Assembly: GCA_043826455.1 (NCBI GenBank) | Contig: JBDRQD010000020.1 | Location: forward strand, 1-12,156 | Origin: Candidatus Bathyarchaeota archaeon | Lineage (GTDB): Archaea; Thermoproteota; Bathyarchaeia; TCS64 | Length of the DNA: 12,156 nt | Reading direction: 5' to 3' | Shown here: in pieces, positions 7,612 through 12,156 of the stretch | How positions within the stretch are numbered: position 1 is the stretch's first letter | How the letters are laid out: the number at the start of each line of letters is the position of its first letter | Position numbers and translations under genes: made by a program | The notes under the pieces: model-generated | What the model saw: the letters and a program-made list of their open reading frames with translations, nothing else | Told to the model about the DNA's origin: nothing | Database searches by the model: none

Positions 7612-7780
7612 CCTGGAGGTGGCCGCCATGTGGGTGCCCGAGAGGTTCTGCGCCCACTGCCTATGGATACGTGACTACTGCGGCCGGTACGTGTGCTACG
7701 CCGGTGGCCAGGTGGGCCGCACCGTCCGGGGTGACGAGGACGCCACATTCTGCCAGGAATACGAGGAGGCGGTGAGATGA
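7601..7780 (+). CDS. Cys-rich microprotein (59 aa), probable Zn-binding
   Basis: CAHC...C...C...C pattern; GGAGG at 7587-7591 favours ATG 7601 over 7592; ATGA overlap with the next gene. Confidence 0.65.
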   Translation: MSRSLEVAAMWVPERFCAHCLWIRDYCGRYVCYAGGQVGRTVRGDEDATFCQEYEEAVR

Positions 7781-8172
7781 CTCCTGGGACTATTTGCTTT
7801 GACCTCGACGGCGTACTTGCCGAGTACGACGGGTGGAGAGGCCCCAGCCACATAGGGAAGCCTATCCCCGAGGGGGTTGATCTCGCCAAGCGCCTGCGAG
7901 AGCTAGGCTTCCAAATCATCATCTTCACGTGCCGCCTTAACGGCCAGTGGCCCGGGGTTGACTACCAGAAGATCAAGCGCCAGGTTGAGGAGTGGCTGGA
8001 CGCCCACGGGGTGCCCTATGACAGAGTGGCCACCCAGGTGGATGGGAAGCCCTTCGCAGACGCCTACGTGGACGACCGGGCCATACACTTCCCCGCGAAC
8101 AGGGGTCCGGCGGCACCCGTCCTCGCGCAGCTGCTCAGGCTTCTATATTGGGAGGTGGCTGAAAGTGACTAG
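7777..8172 (+). CDS. Cap-less HAD-superfamily phosphohydrolase
   Basis: Motif I FDLDGVL (DxD), motif II IFTCR, motifs III/IV GKP-x-AD-x-YVDDRA. Confidence 0.85.
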   Translation: MTPGTICFDLDGVLAEYDGWRGPSHIGKPIPEGVDLAKRLRELGFQIIIFTCRLNGQWPGVDYQKIKRQVEEWLDAHGVPYDRVATQVDGKPFADAYVDDRAIHFPANRGPAAPVLAQLLRLLYWEVAESD

Positions 8173-8965
8173 GTACGTTCCCCTTAACCACTTCCGGCGC
8201 AGCGCCGGCAACATGTTTGAGTCAGTGGACTACACGTTCACCTACTATCAGGGCTGCGGCTACGACAGGGTATTTTACCCATGCCCCGTGTGCTGGGCCC
8301 AGTTCCTACCCTGGGGCACCGTAGGCCACGAGGCCAGGCTAGTCTGGGAGGACCCGGAGGCCCTGATACCGCCCACCATAAGGGACGCCGTGATCTTCAT
8401 GAACAGCGCCCACGACTGGCTAGCCCCACGCATCCCCGACCAGTGGATCAGGGACATGATCAGGTGGATGAGCCGCCAGGACCCCAGCATCAGGTTCTAC
8501 CTCCAGAGCAAGTTCCTACCAAGAGCCCGGAGCTTCATGGACGAGCTCTACCCGCTCAGGAACCGGGTGATCATGGGTACCACCCTCATGACCACCAGCC
8601 AGAGCCTCCTAGATGACACCGGGTTCAAGGTGACCCCAATCAAAGACCTCTACGGCGCCCTGGCCTTCTTCAGTGACGCTGGGTTCAGGATCCGGCTGAG
8701 CCTGGAGCCCCTGTACAGCTTCAACCCAGGCATCATGGCCGACAGGGTACGCCGCCTCCGGCCCGAGGTGGTGGAGGTGGGCCTAGACAACTACCTGGAC
8801 AGGCACCGCCTACCCATACCTCAGCCGTCCAGGGAGAGCGTCAGGCTGCTCCTCCAGACGCTGGCGCCCCTCACCAACACTAGGATGGTCCTGAAGAAGG
8901 GCATGAAGCGGTGGCTAGGCGAGCCGGATCAGCCCCAAGCCGAGGAGGAGGCCGAGGTATGGTGA
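8165..8965 (+). CDS. DUF5131 (phage Gp37/Gp68)-like radical-SAM-related Fe-S protein (~266 aa)
   Basis: GNMFESVDYTFTYYQGC-x8-C-x2-CWA, IFMNSAHDW, FYLQSK, GTT and LSLEPL match the DUF5131/SPL-like motif series. Start at GTG 8165 with SD GGAGGTGG upstream; the 7958 start in the ORF track overlaps the HAD gene. Confidence 0.7.
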   Translation: MTRYVPLNHFRRSAGNMFESVDYTFTYYQGCGYDRVFYPCPVCWAQFLPWGTVGHEARLVWEDPEALIPPTIRDAVIFMNSAHDWLAPRIPDQWIRDMIRWMSRQDPSIRFYLQSKFLPRARSFMDELYPLRNRVIMGTTLMTTSQSLLDDTGFKVTPIKDLYGALAFFSDAGFRIRLSLEPLYSFNPGIMADRVRRLRPEVVEVGLDNYLDRHRLPIPQPSRESVRLLLQTLAPLTNTRMVLKKGMKRWLGEPDQPQAEEEAEVW

Positions 8966-9198
8966 CCGTGGAGAGGGAGCTTGTGGAGGTCTACCGAGGC
9001 CAGCTTCTACGGGTGGCCGAGGCCGGGGACCTCTCCGGGCTAGGCGCGGAGGACCAGGCCGTACTCCGCGAGGCCGGGGTCCTGGTGGAGTACCTGGACT
9101 GGAAATGCGGCGGCACCTACACAGGCCTCAGCCCAGGGGCCCGCCGCATGGCGCTGGGGCTGCCCAGGGCCAGGATCATCAGGTGGAGGACCGGATAG
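8959..9198 (+). CDS. Hypothetical protein (79 aa), possible degenerate wHTH
   Basis: ATG 8959 (or GTG 8962) overlaps the upstream stop after GAGGAGGAGG; LREAGVL...TYTGLSPGARR resembles a wHTH wing. Confidence 0.6.
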   Translation: MVTVERELVEVYRGQLLRVAEAGDLSGLGAEDQAVLREAGVLVEYLDWKCGGTYTGLSPGARRMALGLPRARIIRWRTG

Positions 9199-9226
9199 TG
9201 GAGCAAGCAGACAGGCGGGAGGAGCT

Positions 9227-9520
9227 ATGACCGTCAACGAGGCTTTCATCCTGGAGCCTGTGGACACCAAGGCGTCACGGTTCGCCGTGGTGGTGGTGTA
9301 CCACGACGCCCGGGTGATCCCGCGGGTGGAGAAACTCATGGGGAGGCATGGGAAGATCAAGTCCCGGACCTATCACTCCGTTGAGGACCGCTACGATAAC
9401 CCCGTAGACAGGATAGGAATATATGTTTTAGAAGATGTAGTGAGTGATAGGGCCATAAAAAGCATATTGAAAAACATTGAAACATCAGGCGACATACAGA
9501 GTGTAATGTTAAAGTGTTGA
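9227..9520 (+). CDS. Hypothetical protein (97 aa), possible ACT/ferredoxin-like fold
   Basis: SD GGAGGAG before the ATG. The sequence pattern suggests beta-alpha-beta-beta-alpha-beta (FAVVVVYHD / VIPRVEKLMGRHG / ... / IKSILKNIE..GDIQSV); the fold is inference only. Confidence 0.65.
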   Translation: MTVNEAFILEPVDTKASRFAVVVVYHDARVIPRVEKLMGRHGKIKSRTYHSVEDRYDNPVDRIGIYVLEDVVSDRAIKSILKNIETSGDIQSVMLKC

Positions 9521-9529
9521 ATTAAAAGT

Positions 9530-9558
9530 CTGTGAAGGGTATATTAATTCTTTCACGG
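9530..9558 (+). promoter_or_regulatory. Candidate archaeal TATA-type promoter (TATATTAA, 9540-9547) inside an imperfect palindrome
   Basis: Lies in the only sizeable intergenic gap and is AT-rich; purine-rich GAAGGG precedes the TATA-like box; GTGAA (9532-9536) and TTCAC (9552-9556) flank it. Confidence 0.45.
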
Positions 9559-9571
9559 CACAGCCCCCTGA

Positions 9572-9675
9572 TTCAGTTGACTGCGGGGAGCCATGTTAAA
9601 CCTGTTTTTCCTTCCGTTAGTCACGTCTTTGCTTCTCAGGGTCGCCGCAGCCAGCTTGAACACAAGGAGGAAAAA
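9572..9675 (+). ncRNA. Candidate structured 5' leader (long stem plus loop/SD pairing)
   Basis: TTCAGTTGACTGCGG (9572-9586) pairs with CCGCAGCCAGCTTGAA (9645-9660). Loop segment TTTTTCCTTCC (9605-9615) is complementary to GGAGGAAAAA (9666-9675). Confidence 0.4.
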
Positions 9676-9680
9676 GAAAA

Positions 9681-10580
9681 GTGAAACAGAGTCAAAACCA
9701 TGCAGCCAAGCACCTAGCAGTCGCAGCCATCGCAATCATGCTCCTGGCCCCCATGATGCTCACAGGCGTCGTGGTGCCCGTCGAGGGAGCCGCAGCCCGC
9801 GTATACTTCGCGGCGGCCAGCCCAGACAAGAGCGGCTACGCCGTAGACGAGGCGGTGAAGATCAACGTCAAGTTCAAGTGGGAGGGCCTGTCAGCCAACA
9901 CGACGGTGGCTATCGAGCTCTGGAACAGCACCGAGGTCATGGAGGACCTGGGCGACTACAAGGCCCCCGGAGCCATCCTAGCCAGCGGTACAGCGACAGT
10001 CCAGTACACGCCCACAGTTGACCTCACCGAGGAGACAGGCACCAAGACCTACAACCTCAAGATGCTGAGCGGAGGCATCGTGGTTGACAGCGCCAACGTC
10101 GTCATCGTCGTGGCGGCGGGCCAGATCACCATGAGCGTCACCTGGCAGGACCAGAACAACGACAGAGTCGTGGACGTGAACGAGCTTGTCACCTTCACCG
10201 CCTACGTCAACTGGGCCTTCGTGGAGACCACGGAGAGCCACAGCCTGTACGTGAACTACGGCGAGGGGGAGAAGCTGCTGAGCAGCATAAGCGTCACGGC
10301 GGGCAGCGGGAGCCAGACGGTTACGGACAGCCACGGCTTCAGCTCCGCCGGCGCCAAGGCGGTCGCCTTCACATTGAAGGACGCCACCGGCACCACGGTC
10401 AAGACCTCGACGGCCGCCATCAGCGTAGGGGCAGCGGCCCCGACGCCACAGGCCCCAGCGCAGACGAGCATCGTGGGCATCATCACGGCTAACTGGCAGA
10501 TACTGGCTATACTGGTCGCGGCGGGCGCCATCGGCTACGTGTACCTGGGCGACGGCAACAAGAGGAAGCGCGGGAAGTAG
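9681..10580 (+). CDS. Secreted, C-terminally membrane-anchored protein with two Ig-like beta-sandwich repeats (candidate virion spike or surface protein)
   Basis: SD AAGGAGG at 9664-9670; N-terminal hydrophobic signal; Thr/Val/Ser-rich beta pattern; sequons NTT and NST; Pro/Ala linker; TM helix (WQILAILVAAGAIGYVYL) and basic tail KRKRGK. Confidence 0.8.
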   Translation: MKQSQNHAAKHLAVAAIAIMLLAPMMLTGVVVPVEGAAARVYFAAASPDKSGYAVDEAVKINVKFKWEGLSANTTVAIELWNSTEVMEDLGDYKAPGAILASGTATVQYTPTVDLTEETGTKTYNLKMLSGGIVVDSANVVIVVAAGQITMSVTWQDQNNDRVVDVNELVTFTAYVNWAFVETTESHSLYVNYGEGEKLLSSISVTAGSGSQTVTDSHGFSSAGAKAVAFTLKDATGTTVKTSTAAISVGAAAPTPQAPAQTSIVGIITANWQILAILVAAGAIGYVYLGDGNKRKRGK

Positions 10581-10592
10581 GAGGTCCAAGTC

Positions 10593-11369
10593 ATGAACAA
10601 GGACCGTAAACTACTCCTAGTCGGCCTATTCATCGCCCTGCTGGCCATCGGCTGGATAGCGCTGACGCCCATCGTGGTGACGGGGGCCAGGGTCCAGGGA
10701 TCAGGCTCCGCCGAGGCCACCACCCCCTACGGGGAGAGCATCAGCATCAGGATCGGCAGCGGAACCAGCACCAGCGGCCAAGCCAGCGTCATAGACTTCG
10801 TGATGCCCGCCTCGTGGCTGGCCTACGTGGGCGGCGACACCCAGGACGTCTACGACGTGGACGGCGCCTATAAGAGCCAGGAGCAGGTCACCCTCAGCTA
10901 CAGCCTCAGCGTCACCTACAGCAACGTCAACACCATCAAGGCCACCGTCAAGATCAAGGCCACAGACAACGCCGACCAGAGCATGTACGAGTACACCCTA
11001 GCGACCCAGAAAGCCCTCTCAGGCGCCTCACCCATAGCTGACAATGGCCAGGTCCAGAAGAGCATCACCGACCACCTAACCGAGATAACAGCGTCAACAA
11101 CTGGTGCGACAGTCAAGTACGAGATATACTGCCAGGTCACAGGCACCGGAGCCACGTCGGGCGAGACCCTGACGGCAACCGTCGCCTACACACAGTTCGG
11201 GCAGATGGTCTACACCAGGACCACTGAATCTAGCAGCGCCGACGTCACGCCCACGGTTAGCGTAGCCAGCTGGGTGGACGACGCGCTTGGGTTGCCGGAT
11301 GGAACCATATTCGCCGTCGCCGCCATCGTCCTTGTAGGGGTAGCCTACAAGGTGGTGAAGCAGCGGTGA
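10593..11369 (+). CDS. Beta-rich exported protein with N-terminal signal/TM and C-terminal TM anchor
   Basis: SD GGAGGT at 10580-10585; MNKDRK followed by a hydrophobic stretch; Thr/Ser-rich ectodomain; C-terminal IFAVAAIVLVGVAY followed by KVVKQR. Confidence 0.8.
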   Translation: MNKDRKLLLVGLFIALLAIGWIALTPIVVTGARVQGSGSAEATTPYGESISIRIGSGTSTSGQASVIDFVMPASWLAYVGGDTQDVYDVDGAYKSQEQVTLSYSLSVTYSNVNTIKATVKIKATDNADQSMYEYTLATQKALSGASPIADNGQVQKSITDHLTEITASTTGATVKYEIYCQVTGTGATSGETLTATVAYTQFGQMVYTRTTESSSADVTPTVSVASWVDDALGLPDGTIFAVAAIVLVGVAYKVVKQR

Positions 11370-11659
11370 ACCCCCTTTTTTCTCATTTAGTATCATCGGC
11401 GGCTGAGGCAGGCAGCGTCACCGAGGTGTTCGCCATCCTCGCCGCAGCCGCGGTCGGGCTCTTCGCCTTCTACAAGCTTGGGACGGTGGAGAGCGTCATC
11501 AAGACCATCATCACGGTGGTCTTATTCATCGGCGGCCTGTACGCCGCCGGGTATGCCTTCCCGTCCATCCAGGAGGCGGGTTGGTACCAGCTCATCGCGT
11601 GGGTCGTTGAGGTGGGGCCCAGACTGATCCTGGAGCAACTTGGAGGAACAAAATCATGA
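11366..11659 (+). CDS. Small membrane protein (97 aa, 2 TM plus amphipathic tail)
   Basis: GTGA overlap with the upstream stop; hydrophobic helices VFAILAAAAVGLFAFY and IITVVLFIGGLYAAGYAF. Confidence 0.7.
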   Translation: MNPLFSHLVSSAAEAGSVTEVFAILAAAAVGLFAFYKLGTVESVIKTIITVVLFIGGLYAAGYAFPSIQEAGWYQLIAWVVEVGPRLILEQLGGTKS

Positions 11660-12156
11660 TCGCGGGAATACTTTTAGCGGCTCTTCTCGGAGCCGGCGGC
11701 CTCATCTACCTGGTCCAGCTAGGCGGGTCAACCCCGGCCATAGTCGAGACCATAGTCTCACCTCTCACCATATCGGTGGAGAGGCTGTTCACCATCCTGG
11801 GGACCCTGGCGCCGCTTCTCGTCGCCGTGGTGCCTCTCTACCTGGTGCTGAACGCCAAGAGCCTTGGTAAAGATAGGAAGCAGATGATAGTCTTCGGCGC
11901 CGTGTTCGGGCTGGCCCTCTACGGCATCGCCATCTTCACGGGCCTGGACACGCTTCTAGCCCAGGAGATGCGGGGCAGCTTCATGGTGGGTAGCACCCTC
12001 GGCATGGCCGTCACCACCCTGGGGGCCGCCGCCGAGTGGGTCATCGGCCTCTTCACGGGGCTTCTGCTCTGGGGGGCAGGCTTAGCACTTGTAATCATCG
12101 GGGGCTTCCTTGACGCCCTGATAGGCGTCGGGGAGGCAGCCAGGCACGGTAAACGC
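11656..12156 (+). CDS. Polytopic Gly/Ala/Leu-rich membrane protein (3'-truncated, at least 167 aa); not in ORF track
   Basis: ATG 11656 overlaps the upstream TGA, with GGAGG at 11642-11646. The frame is open to the window end (MIAGILLAALLGAGGLIYLVQLGG...WVIGLFTGLLLWGAGLALVIIGGFLDALIGVGEAARHGKR) with about 4-5 hydrophobic segments. Confidence 0.8.
   Translation, partial: MIAGILLAALLGAGGLIYLVQLGGSTPAIVETIVSPLTISVERLFTILGTLAPLLVAVVPLYLVLNAKSLGKDRKQMIVFGAVFGLALYGIAIFTGLDTLLAQEMRGSFMVGSTLGMAVTTLGAAAEWVIGLFTGLLLWGAGLALVIIGGFLDALIGVGEAARHGKR

Larger units (their letters stand above)
1..12156 (+). mobile_element. Segment of a probable archaeal virus/provirus or plasmid-like element (boundaries outside the window)
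   Basis: Co-oriented, overlapping genes including primpol, SF3 helicase, SSAP, ParB-like, DUF5131-like and many small ORFans; no housekeeping genes. The archaeal host is inferred from a TATA-like promoter, GGAGG/GGTGA SD motifs, wHTH and Cys-rich microproteins, and NxT sequons in a surface protein. Confidence 0.8.

Noticed and set aside
7958..8164. ORF-track N-terminal extension of the DUF5131-like gene
   Set aside because: It lies inside the HAD gene in another frame with shadow-like composition; GTG 8165 has a good SD.
9593..10021. 142-aa + strand ORF spanning the leader and the start of the surface protein
   Set aside because: Most of it is an Arg/Gly-rich alternate frame of 9681-10580. 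A role as a regulatory upstream ORF starting inside the stem-loop cannot be excluded but has no positive support.
10490..11369. PGF-CTERM/archaeosortase signals on the two anchored proteins
   Set aside because: TM helices with basic tails are present, but no PGF- or PEF-type motif precedes them.
11371..11388. Pyrimidine/oligo-T tract as an archaeal terminator
   Set aside because: It falls within the start of the coupled 11366 ORF and downstream genes continue the operon; too weak to call.
212..11396. Numerous minus-strand ORFs (e.g. 1541-2119, 5382-5819, 7437-7928, 9978-10589)
   Set aside because: All are antisense to well-supported + strand genes, lack recognisable motifs and are expected in GC-rich coding DNA.
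11640..11870. 76-aa ORF in the track
   Set aside because: It is an alternate frame of the more plausible membrane-protein ORF that starts at 11656 and is open to the window end.

Overview
This window looks like part of an archaeal-type virus, provirus or plasmid-like element; all credible genes lie on the + strand. Bases 1-9520 form a near-continuous, translationally coupled replication/early block: a ParB-like protein (5'-truncated), a hypothetical protein, a Rad52-like single-strand annealing protein, three small ORFs, a PD-(D/E)xK nuclease, a primase-polymerase, a D5/P4-type SF3 helicase, a wHTH regulator, two Cys-rich microproteins, a HAD hydrolase, a DUF5131-like radical-SAM-related protein and further small ORFs. 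An AT-rich promoter-like gap and a structured leader (9521-9680) precede a second block of four membrane-anchored or integral membrane proteins that runs off the 3' end, a candidate envelope/virion module. The most notable non-coding signals are an inverted-iteron origin candidate inside the helicase CDS (6159-6264) and a candidate SD-sequestering pseudoknot leader (9572-9675). No integrase, att site, recognisable capsid, terminase, tRNA or CRISPR array is visible. Family assignments come from reading motifs by eye, not from database searches.
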